Origin: Malacoraja senta
Taxonomy: Eukaryota
Assembly (NCBI GenBank): GCA_038087875.1
Contig: CM075978.1
Location: 174,840,001-174,904,000, forward strand
Length of the DNA stretch: 64,000 nt
Direction: 5' to 3'
The stretch's first letter is position 1. Every line of letters begins with the position of its first letter. Under the pieces are notes generated by a model, which searched no databases, was not told where the DNA came from, and saw only the letters and a list, made by a program, of their open reading frames with translations. Shown here one piece after another: positions 51,749 through 63,834 of the stretch. The position numbers and the translations under genes are program-made.

Positions 51749-52072
51749 TTACTGTCGGGGCCTCCTCGTTCAGGGTGCGTCAGATTCCCGATAAGGTAAC
51801 GAAGGTGACAGGTGAAAATGTATCCCTGTACTGTACTTTCCCAATCTTTGGTCAGAGTGCACTGGTGGATGTATACTGGAAGAGAGACGGTCAAGAAGAG
51901 ACTTTGAATCCCACCGCATACAGGAGCATGAAAATGAACAATGTCCTGAAGGGATCTGCCGAATTACATCTGTTGGACGTGAGCTTCCGTGACTCCGGGA
52001 TCTATTATTGCAGTGTGAGAGGCGGAGAAGGAAAGAGTTCCAAAAGCAATGGCACGAGGATTATTGTACACG
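51749..52072 (+). CDS. Gene D germline-joined VJ-type Ig V exon (NKp30-like)
   Basis: Acceptor ttaattctgacag|, donor CACG|gtgagt, 324 bp, phase 1-1. Reads RVRQIP..NVSLYC..VYW..AELHLLDV..DSGIYYC-11aa-SNGTRIIV. Confidence 0.92.
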
Positions 52073-53168
52073 GTGAGTCTATAATGATGTTTCGAATCAC
52101 AATACAAAAACAAATATGCTGTGCTACAGAGTTATAAAGTAGCAATAAACGGACCCTTTCTCAGTCTGTACTAGAAGTTTTGCTCTAAAGATTTAAGTAA
52201 TTGTTTTTTCGTGATTGTTGGACCATGAGATCTTTGGACAATCATTATTCTTTAATTTCATATCATTTAGTTATCATTTTTATGCGTAGGGTTAATTAAA
52301 CATACTCGTAATTGGGGTGAGCTACTCATGAACACAAAATGAAGCTATGTTTTGTAAAAAAAAGCTGTACCTACATACAAAATCCGCAGAGGAAACACGC
52401 CTAAAGGTGAGATGAGTTGAAAGAAATCGACAATGAATTTTCTGATCAGAAAGGAAAGAATGCGTCAACCATACGACTCTAAATCTGCTAGAATGGTCTC
52501 CTTTATGTGCAATCACAGAACATTTACGCGCTTACTTGCAGCGACTGAAGAATGGAAACTAAAGGCGTGGCTCAATCCGGAACAGGTCAGGCAATAATTA
52601 GACCGCACGAAAGTAATAGAATGTGGGCAGCGTAATCATTCACTCATTCAAATGTCCTTATTTTTATACTCCGTCTGAAACGATTAAACTAACAGGTCTT
52701 CATTACCGGTTGTATATAATCTAATTACCAGACCTTACTTGAACGGAAGCGGACATCCGGAGTACAATTTTTCCTCATTTTAGGAAGGCTTATATTTAAG
52801 ATGCTAAAAGGGCCACATGCTCACAGATTAACGGCAAGATTATATTATAGTTAGTAAATGTAAAGCAATAACTGCATTGTTCATATTTATCTTCAAATTC
52901 ATGTTCCAGGTTGACGAACGTCGTGTGGTTAATGCTATGAGGTATTTTGTTGAAAGCTTCACAACTAATTCGATTACGAGCTCATATTGGTTGCCCGGCT
53001 ATTCTTCAAATTGTAATGATAACTGGATGCAACAAAGTGAGTATTAACTGCTCTCAACTTCGAACTGAGTGGAGGTGTTGTGCGAAGCGATCGCCAAGCC
53101 TGCGCTTGGTCTCACCGAGGTTGATCATACGCTGAATAATCCAACCACATTTTTGTTTGGAAGTGGAA

Positions 53169-53274
53169 AGAAATAATAGAAACTAGACCAAGTGCAGACC
53201 CGTTGGGTCTGTTCCCGCAACGCGCGGTTGCGAGGGGAGGGGCTGGCCTGAGGCGTCACACACACACTAACCAC

Positions 53275-53366
<92 letters not shown>

Positions 53367-54073
53367 CCACCCCCATTGATATTAAATTAAGAAGGGAGGG
53401 AGGAGAGGGGTAGGGCCGCCCAGCAGCCGTCGGCCTCAGAGTGAGCCTCAGCTCCATGGCCTTGCATCATCGGCGCTTCAGACCCCGAGTACGGGGAGGG
53501 GGGGGGGGGTGGAGTGGGCGGGCGGGCGTGATCCCGAGTGAGCCTGCGGGCCAGGCGTAGGCCGTCAGGACGCTGCGTACGACGTCAAGACGCTGCGTAC
53601 GACGTCAAGACGCTGCGTACGCCCGTCGAGACGCTGCGTAAGTCCTCAATGCGCCTGCGGGTCGACAGGCCGTTGACGCACGGGATTTTCGGACAGTGCA
53701 AGCGTGCGGGCCGCCAGCGAGGACGGCGAAAAGCAGCGGGGGAACAGCCGATCTTTGGCTTCCACCAGCGTGACAGAGGCGGGCCGGGGGGGGGGGGGGT
53801 GGTGGAGTAGAGCCGGGCGGCAGCAGCCGTTATGGTCGCGCGGGGCACGCGAAGAGAAGGTAGCCAGCGTGAGGCGAAAAAATGAGTGAGTGGGGGGGGG
53901 GGGGGGAGGATTTTATTAAAAATGTGTACAGAAAAATGACTAAATTTAATGAGGAGTGGATGAGCGAATGTAAAAGTGAAATCGCTAGCGAAATGGTAAA
54001 AATCTCGGCGTGTTTTAGTCTGGTTTTGTCGGAGTAACGAATCAAAGGCCAAAAATATGACATACACCCCCCC

Positions 54074-54128
<55 letters not shown>

Positions 54129-54141
54129 TTAAAAGTATATA
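53169..54141 (+). mobile_element. Possible non-autonomous Helitron/Helentron-like element with two (CA)n tracts
   Basis: Starts aACTAGaccaagtgcagacccgttgggtc and ends (CA)n-cttttaaaagtatatagat. Internal 21-bp tandem repeat at 53565-53640. Confidence 0.4.
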
Positions 54142-54336
54142 GATTGCATTCATTGCAACGTGTATAAAGAGTTGAGATACTGTATTATAATTTTGCTGCA
54201 TGTCATTGTGGTATATATCACGTCTTGTCTTAATTGGTGAATATGTTTAGTTTGTGACTTTATTTGAAGCAGAAATAATATGTGAATGCTTCATTGAGCA
54301 TAATTCCGACTGGTAACTACGGACGTGGTCCGAGCA

Positions 54337-57300
54337 CATAGAAACATAGAAACATAGAAAGTAGGTGCGAGAGTAGACCACCATCGAGCCCGCACCGCCA
54401 TTCGCTCATGGCTGAACACTAAACAGACACCCTTACCCACAAACAGTAGACACAAGACACAGAACACAAGACACTACCCTCCCCTTTATATCGCTATCAC
54501 CCCTCTCCACCCCAAGAACCGCGTGATCTCCTGGGGGAGGCAAAAAAACGGATAAAAACCCAGGTCCAATTCGGGAAAAAAATCCGGGAAATTCCTCACC
54601 GACCCCAATCCAGGCAATCGACACTTGTCCAGGAGATCACTCAGGTCTTACTATACTAACCATACCTAGGTCCATATCCCTGCCCTCTCCCCGTAGCCCC
54701 TTATCCCCTTGGCAGCTAAAAAACCATATATTTTAGACTTAAATATATTTAATGTTTCTGCTTCCACTGCTCCCTGGGGCAGTGAATTCCATAAATTAAC
54801 CACCCTCTGGGTGAAGAAGTTCTTCCTCATCTCAGTTTTAAAAGAGCCCCCTCTTATTCTACAACTATGTCCCCTAGTTCTAGTTTCCCCGATCATTGGG
54901 AACATCCTCGGTGCATCCACCCGATCAAGGGCCCTCACGATCTTATATGTTTCAATGAGATCGCCTCTCATTCTTCTAAACTCCAAAGAGTAGAGTTCCA
55001 GCCTACTTAACCTTTCCTCATATGTCAATCCCCTCATTGCAGGAATTAATCTTGTAAACCTTCGCTGCACTGCCTCCAGGGCCAGTACATCCTTTCTTAA
55101 GTATGGACCCCAGAACTGTACACAGTATTCCAAATGTGGTCTCACTAATACTGTGTACAGCTGCAGCAAGACCTCCGTGTTTTTATACTCAATCCCCCTA
55201 GCAATAAAGGCCAAAACTCCATTGGCCTTCCTGATTGCTTGCTGCACCTGCATACTAACTTTTAGTGATTCATGTACTACTACCCCTAGATCCCTTTGCG
55301 TTGCATTACAACGCAGCTCCACCTCATTTAGAAAATAACTTGCCCTATCATTTTTTTCCCCAAAGTGAATGACTTCACATTTATTAGTATTAAATTTCAT
55401 CTGCCAAGTTGTTGCCCACTCACCTAGCTTATCTATATCCTTTTGCAGACCCTTCCTATCCTCCTCATCCCCTACTTTTCCTCCCATTTTTGTATCGTCC
55501 GCAAATTTTGATATATTACACTTGGTTCCCTCCTCCAAATCATTTATATAAATTGTGAACAACTGGGGTCCCAGCACCGACCCTTGCGGAACCCCGCTAG
55601 TTACCGGTTGCCATCCCGAGTATGAACCATTTATCCCCACTCTCTGCTTCCTATTTGTTAGCCAATCCTCTACCCATGCTAATATATTACCCCCAATCCC
55701 ATAATTTTTTATTTTTAGCAATAGTCTCTTATGTGGCACCTTGTCAAAAGCCTTTTGGAAGTCTAAGTATACCACATCCACCGGTTCCCCTTTATCCACC
55801 CGGGTTGTTACTTCCTCAAAGAATTCGAGCAGATTCGTTAAACAGGACTTCCCCTTCACAAAACCATGCTGGTTCTGTCCGATGAAGTCATGTTTATCCA
55901 AGTGCCCCGTTAGTGTTTCTTTAATAATTGTCTCTAACATTTTACCCACCACCGATGTTAGACTAACCGGTCTATAGTTACCCGCCTTCTGTTTACTTCC
56001 TTTTTTAAATATAGGTGTTACATTGGCCATTTTCCAATCCACTGGGACCGTTCCTGCCTCCAGGGAGTTTTGGAAAATTATCACCAATGCATCCACAATC
56101 CCCACCGCTATCTCCCTCAAGACCCTTGGATGTAATCCATCAGGCCCAGGGGATTTATCCTCCCTCAGTCTCATTAATTTCCCTAATACCACCTCCTTGG
56201 TGATCTTAATAGTATTTAGCTCCTCCATTCCTACCGCCCCCTGTTTATCCAGCGCTGGAATATTTTTGTGTCTTCTATGGTGAAGACTGATACAAAATAC
56301 TCGTTTAATGCCTTTGCCATTTCCATGTTCCCCACCAACAACTCTCCAGTCTCACCCTCCAATGGACCAACGTTCACCTTAGCCACCCTTTTTCTTTTTA
56401 TATAGCTATAAAAACTCTTACTATTAGTTTTTATGTTGTTCGCTAAATTCCTTTCATAGTCTATTTTCCCCGTCTTAATTAATCTCTTAGTTATTTTTTG
56501 CTGACCTTTAAATGCTTCCCAATCCTCTACCCTCCCACTATCTCTAGCTACCTTATATGCCCTTGCCTTCAGCCGAATACTATCCTTTATAGTTTTACTG
56601 AGCCATGGCTGACTGTTCTTTCCCTTACCCCTTTTTTTCTTCATAGGAATAAATTTTTCTTGAAGGTTATACAGTAGATCCTTAAACGTACACCACTGCT
56701 CATGTACCGTCTTATTCTTGAGTCTGCTATCCCAGTCAACTTTGATCAGCTCAGTCCTCATACCTTCATAATCCCCCTTATTTAGACTAAGTACCCTAGC
56801 CTGAGTTTCAACCTGCTCCCCTTCTATTTGAATATGGAATTCGACCATATTGTGGTCACTTGTTCCCAACGAGTCCCTAACTATGACATTTTTAATTAAT
56901 CCTGCTTCATTACATAGGACCAGATCCAAGATTGCCTCCCTCCTTGTCGGTTCTGTGACATACTGTTCTAGGAACCCGTCTCTAATACATTCTATAAACT
57001 CTTCCTCTAGTCTACCCTGCCCAGTTTGGTTTGCCCAATTAATATGAAAATTGAAGTCCCCCATGATTACAGCAGTTCCCTTTTTACATGCGTCAACTAT
57101 TTGCAGATTTATGTTCTGACTAACAGCGTCACAGCTATTTGGAGGTCTATAAATTACACCCACTAGTGTTTTTTTCCCCTTGTTATTCTCTATCTGTACC
57201 CAAGCTGTTTCACTATCCTGATCCTTCAACGCAATATCCTTCCTCTCTATTGCCGTTATTCCCTCCCTTATTAAAAGGGCCACCCCTCCTCCCTTTCTTT

Positions 57301-59020
57301 CCTGTCTATCTTTTCTAATTGTCGAGTACCCCTCTATATTTAACTCCCAATCCTGATCCCCTTGCAGCCATGTCTCCGTAATGGTCACGATATCATAACT
57401 ATATGTACTTAATTGCACCGTTAATTCATTTATCTTATTTCGAATACTCCGTGCATTTAGATACAGCACTTTCAGATGATTTTTACTACCCTTCCTTTCT
57501 GTTTTTGCCCCTTTTACATCTAGAGCTTTATCTTCACACATTCTGGATCCTCCTGTCACATTTTGATTTTCCGTTTCCCCACTGATACCCTGCTCTATTT
57601 CCTCTACCCCTGCCGTTATTACCCCCCTTGATACCTCCCCCCCCACTACTTAGTTTAAAGACCTCTCTACTGCCCTAGTTATATGATTTGCCAGGACCCC
57701 AGTCCCAGCACCGTTCAGGTGAAGTCCGTCCTTACAGAACAGATCCCCCCTGTCCCAGTACTGGTGCCAGTGGCCCAAGAAACCAAACCCATTTTTCCCA
57801 CACCAGTCTTTGAGCCACGCATTCAGCTTTTTAATTTTTCGTACCCTCGCCGATTTGGCCCGTGGCTCAGGTAGCAATCCGGAGATCAGTACCCTCGAGG
57901 TTCTGCTTTTTAATTTATTCCCTAACTGCTCAAACTCGTTCAGCAGATCCTCCTTCCTCGTCCTTCCTATGTCATTGGTCCCCACATGGACCACGACCAC
58001 TGGATCCTCCCCCTCACTCTGCAAATTTCTCTCCAGCATCGCAGAGATATCCTTAACCCTAGCACCGGGTAGGCAACACAGCCTTCGGGACATGTTCTGC
58101 TGGCCGCAGAGAACCTTATCTACCCCCCGAATAATACTATCCCCTATCACAACGGCATTTCTTCTAACTCCCCCCTCTTGAATGGCCCCCTGATCCACGG
58201 TGCTGCAGCCAGGTTGCTCATCCCTCCCACAGCCCCTGATCCCGTCCTCACATTGAGTAAGAGCCTCGGTCATGCTCGTCAGGGACAAGGGCTGTGGCTC
58301 CTGCCGCATCTCCTCCTGGTTCCCCCTACCTGCCTCGCTTATGGCCACACCTTCCTTTCCCTGCTCACTAACTACTGAATTAGTTAAACTGGTCGGTGTG
58401 ACCATCCCCTGGCACAAAACATCCAGGTAATACTCCCCCTCCCTGATGCACCGCAGCGTATGAAGTTGGGTCTCCAGCTCATCAATGCGGAGCTCGAGTT
58501 CCGCTAGCTTCAAGCACTTACTGCAGCTGTAGGGATCATCTACATCAATGGTGTCGACAATTTCCCACATCTCACAGTATTGGCACATCTCCTGGCCGCC
58601 CATCTTATATAAGTAATTAACTGGTCCTATTAAGAATCCCCTACCCGGATTACTGTATTAAAACACCCCTTATTTATATAATCCTACCTCCTATAAATGG
58701 GAAAGTACTTACCCCAGCCGTAAATTACCTACTGGTTTGGCTGTCTAGTGGTAATTCCGTCCGCTCTTTCTGTCTGGTCCACTGCTCCCTTGCAGTGCGT
58801 GGCCTACCTCTTAGCCCCTGTTAGCCTCTCGAGCCGCGGCTCCGTCCTTCCTCCCTCGGCGACAACCCTGGGCCGCACCTGTGGCACCTGTGACACCGCG
58901 GTCGTGACGTCCCTTCCGTTCCAACTGCCACTGATTACTCGCTGCACTCTGATTACCTCGCTACACTCTGATTACCTCGCTGCACTCTGATTGCTGCCTA
59001 ACAGCGCCTGATTACCTCGC
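54337..59020 (-). mobile_element. Young, essentially full-length CR1 LINE
   Basis: Intact ORF1 at 57650-58603 (CxxC..CxxC, coiled coil, SGNH esterase GDS..GTND..DGLH). ORF2 APE-RT is split only by one frameshift at ~56265. (TTCTATGT)n tail at 54337-54360; 5-prime region with short tandem repeats at 58930-59020. Confidence 0.93.
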
Positions 59021-59344
59021 TGCACATTATCGCACGCGTCATGCAAGCCGTCTTAAATGACCACCTAAAGTGTCATTTGGCAACTTAAAAAGCTGCCAAG
59101 GTTGCCCGGCTGACAACAGAGAAAAAATTAAGTGAGAGCCCTGCAAGGTGTATAATATTTTTGACACTGTCATAGGCCTTTTTTACATATCCTGTCACAA
59201 CGCACTGTAGTCTCTAAACAACCCTTCAGAAATTTTCCTTGCCCTCCATTTCAGAATAATAGTGTTTTAAGCCGATAACGCGACACTGGCAATAAATAAA
59301 TAAATAAATAAATAAAACCGCAGCTTTCCAGACCCTTATCTCAT

Positions 59345-59590
59345 TGGCCACGCTCGGCTGCAAATCGGTGTCAATCTGGTGGACCCTCTTCCTCTAGTCG
59401 TGGGGGTGGGAGATTGGGAGGGGCCTCACAAGTGGAACAGCCTCTCTTCATCAAAATCCGTCCCTGGCCATGCTCGGCTGCAAATCGGTGTCAATCTGGT
59501 GTACCATCTTCCTCTAGTCGTGGGGGTGGGGGATTGGGAGCAGCCTCACAAGTGGAACAGCCTAGGACCTCTCTTCATCTAAATCCGGCC
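59345..59590. repeat. Two ~119-bp tandem units
   Basis: ggcca.gctcggctgcaaatcggtgtcaatctggtg..cctcacaagtggaacagcct occurs twice. Confidence 0.85.
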
Positions 59591-59779
59591 CTGACAGCAG
59601 TTGATGACTACGTGATAGACGGGAGCTATCTTTGAACGTCTGAAATTAGTTCCGCCAGGCAGAGAAAAGCTCAATGTTAACTCATTCAGCGTATTTCTGA
59701 TCAAATATTTGTGACTCAGAGAATAAATAAAAAGTATGAAAACATCTTGTTTATCTAAGTCTTCTGAACGTCACTGTTA

Positions 59780-62720
59780 AATTAGTTCAAAGGAAATAGT
59801 GACAGTCGCCTCCAGTCAATGGTTTCACTGGCAGCAAGAGATACTCAAGAATGCGCTGTCCTCACTCTGTTGTCTGATGTTACGGATGTCACGTGGCAAA
59901 CACGGAATATTGTGAGACGGGAGGGTGAGAAGCCATATCTCGTGGTCCATATTAGCATCAATGCCATATGTAGAAAGGGACACGAGGGTCTGCAAAGAGA
60001 AGTTAGGGAGTTCGGTATTCGGTGAAAAAACAAGACCTCCTGTATTGCTATCTCGGGAATACAAAATGGTATCGAAAGGAATAGCAGAATAATCCAAGTT
60101 ACTACGTGGCTAAGGCCCTGGCATAAAATATATGGGTCATTGGGTATTCTTACAGGACAAATGGGACCTATATAAAACGAATGGGCTGCAATTGAACTGG
60201 GAGGTAGAGGCGGTGTCCTTGCAGTTACTTGGGAGGATATACGCACGAGCGGTGGCGTGGAGTGAGCACGGAGGGGGGGGGGGGCGGGCGGTGTGTGGAA
60301 GCAGCAGGTCAGCCCATGGAACTATGTGATAGACGCGAGATAGGGGTTATGACCCAGTTATGGCCCAGTGGCAAGATCGGGGTTATGACCCATTAGTCTG
60401 AAATGGAGGTGAGACAGGAAAAGGTTAATAAAAAAGTGTTAAGATGGATTTTCTGAAGTGTGTTTTGAGTGAGGCTAAATAACACGTTGAAACAGATCGG
60501 TTGAGATGTGTTTATTCCAAGGAGCATTACAGGTAAAGTGGATGATCATCAAGGACCCACACCATCCTGGCCACGCACTCATCTCTCCGCTACCACCGGG
60601 CAGAAGGTACAGGAGTTTGAGATCTGTTACATCCAGGAGCAGGAACAGCTACTTCCCCACAGCCATCAGGCTATGAAACTCGCCAACAAACAGACTCTGG
60701 ACTGTAACAGCCTATTGCACTTTATCTGCTTATTTATGTGTATATTGAACTGAACTGTTCTGTATTTTTGCTTACAATATTCTGTTGTGCTACAGCAAGC
60801 AAGAATTTCATTGTCCTATCTGGGACATGACAATGAACTCTCTTGACTTGACTTGACTTGATCGAAGACTGCTAACTCAAAATTTATGAGTTTTGATGTT
60901 TCATACATTATAGGCATTATAAGGGTACAAGAGATACAGGAATTGCATTACTAACCAGGAAAATGTCAGCGGCACTCACATACTCATCTACTGAGGCAAT
61001 GGGAGTGGAACACAATATAAAGAGATGTGTAACAACTCTAATGGGATTATACCATCGGCCTCCCTATAGCCGGTGAATGAGAGAGAAACAGATATGTGGG
61101 GAGATTAGAGAAAGATGTCAAAACATCAAGTTTCTGGTATCGGTGACAAATCCCCATTATTGACTGTGACTGCCTTCATGCAGAAAATCTAAAAAGAGCA
61201 AGCTTGGTGTATCGAAAGTAGTTTCTTGAAATAGTCTGTGGATATTGCAACTCGACGCCGGACCATGTTACACCTTGCTTTGGGAAATGAGCTTGATGTT
61301 TCAGTAGAAGTGTATTTTGGGATCCCTGGTCATAAATCCATAAGTTTTAAGATAGCTGCGAATAAGGATCCATCTAGATATTGGGGGAGATGAAATGGTG
61401 AGCAGATGTTGTTGGGTACGTTTACATTGGACATGGTGGTCGATTAAAGGCCAACTGATCAGAAATCAGGACCAGTATACGCCAGTAAGGAGGAGGAATG
61501 ACGTTGTATAGGCGAGGAATGATTGGATGATCTATTGTAAATTAGGGGACAATATGCTGGTGCACTTTGAGAAGAAGAAAGAGGTGTTGGTTCACTTCAA
61601 AAGCCTTAAGGTGCATAAATTCCGAGGGTCCGATGGAATCTGCCCCTTTTTATTGAGGGAGGCAAAGGAGGAGTTGCGATTGCAGCGCCTTTGATGAGGA
61701 CTTTCGTATCCACTTATGCCACAATCGAGTTCCCGGATGACTGAAGAGTAGCGAATGTTGCGCTTTTCTTTCTGAGGGAAAGAAGTAATCAAGGAAATCA
61801 TAAGCTGTTGAGGTTCATGTCAGCCATCGGGAATCTATTGGAGCTCACGTCTGATTGAATTTAATGTAATGATGAAGATGATTTATGTGGATGGGGCAGT
61901 GATATTTTTCTGCATGGATTCTATCAAACCATTTCGAGAAATTCCGTAATTGAATGCTAATCGAGAAGATTTCAATTTGTGGGAGACATGGTGATTTGTT
62001 ACTTTGGATTGATTAGCTGCAGTTAGTTTTGCGTACAGTTCCTGTTGCCCCATTACAGGAATGATGTGGATGCATCGGAGAGGATGCAGAGGAGGTTTAC
62101 CAGAACGTTGCCTGGATTAGGGAGTTTCAGCTACATGGAGAGGTTGGATAAACCTGGATTATTTTCTCTGGAACGTCAGAGGCTGAGTGGACAATAGATT
62201 AAAAAAAAATTAAAATATGACGGGCATAGATAGGGTAGTCTGTCACAAATGTTATCTTAGGGTGGGGAATGTCCAACTTTAGAGGGCATAGATATAAACT
62301 GAGTGGGGGAAGTTTAATATTGATGTATGGGGCAAGCTCTTTACACAGAGATATGTTGGCAGAGGGGTTGGAATGCATCATGCCGATCGCGGTGCCCCAT
62401 CTGCATTAGTACCATCTGCCGGCGTTTGGTCTCCAAAACCATCCATGTCCTGTTCAAATGTCCTTTAAATGTTGTTGTAATTTCAGCCTCAATAATCTCA
62501 TCTGGCAGTTCATTTCATATCCCCACTATCATGTGGAAAACGGCTCCCCAGCTCCTGATACAGCTGTAACAACATCCCAAATTCTATACTCATTACCCTG
62601 ACTGATGAAGGCCTGTGTGCCGAAAGCCTTCTTAACCACCTTGCCTACCTGTGACACCACACTCACGGAACCATGTACTGTACCAGCATACTCCATGGCG
62701 TTTTGCCGTTTATTATACAA
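59780..62720 (+). mobile_element. Ancient decayed CR1 remnants (shared with copy A at 35780-37286)
   Basis: Degenerate esterase motif (VTWQTRNIVRREGEKPYLVVHISINAI) and RT/APE remnants. Strand is mixed near 62400-62720. Confidence 0.55.
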
Positions 62721-63834
62721 GTCCTGCCCACATTTGACTTCCCAAAATACAAAACCTCACACTTATCTGCATTAAACCCATTAACCATTGACCAGCCTAC
62801 TTGCCCAACTGAACAAAATCCTGCTGTAACCTTTGATAACCATTTTCGCTATCTACAATATTACCCAATTAAGTCGTCTGCAATCTTACTAATCTGGCTT
62901 TGTATGTTCTCATCCAAATCGTTGATGTACAGTAAGCCACAAACAACAATAGGCCCAGCACCGATCCTGGAGGCACACCACTATTCAGAGCCCTCCACTC
63001 CAAACCATCTGAAGAAGGGTCTCGACCCAAAACGTCACTCTTTCCTTCTCTCTAGAGATGCTGTCTGTCCCGCTGAATTACTTCAGCATTTTGTGTCCAT
63101 CTTTGCTTTAAATCAGCAGCTCCAGTTCCTACGTACACAATTGTCACCCTGCAATCTTCCGACACCTCACCCATAGTTAATGATGACTCATATATCTCAG
63201 CCAGGTCACCTGCAATTTGTTCTCTAGCTTCCCGCAGTGCTCTCGGATAAATCTGATCAGGCCTGGAGGATTTCTCTACCTTTTACACGTTAGGACGTTG
63301 AGCACCTCTATCGTAATACCGATTGCACTCAAGACACTTTCATTGATTGCCCCCAAGTTCCCAGATCTTCATGTTTTTCATGCAAGGAAAAGCCTAGGAA
63401 CTATAGATCTGTGCCTGACATCTATGGCAGATACGTTACTGGAGAGTATTCTGAGATAAGGTATATATGCAGCTTTATGAGCAATAGCTGATCAGTGAAA
63501 TTGAACCTGGCGTGTTTACGAAGGTGATATAGCCTCACGTATGACCAAGAGTTTTGAAGAAGCAACTTAGAAGGTTGAAGATAATGTTTATGTGGAAGCA
63601 TGTTCTGCATGCCAAGTTACCCTGGAAAGCTAGATGAGCTAGCATAATGGGTAGAAAATCTGAGTTATGGACGGAAGTAGTTTAAAAAAATTCAGATTGA
63701 AGGCTGTGACTCTTGCTGGATCGGGGTTGGGTCCATTGCTGTTTGTGTTTTATATTAACAATTTGGATGAGAAGAAACAAGGCATGATTACAATGTCTGC
63801 AGATGCCATTAATGAAGGTGGTATCGTAGACAGG

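Noticed and set aside
53565-53640. 21-bp repeats here and ~19-21-bp repeats at 58930-59020, superficially CRISPR-like
   Set aside because: Head-to-tail tandem repeats without unique spacers, in a vertebrate genome.
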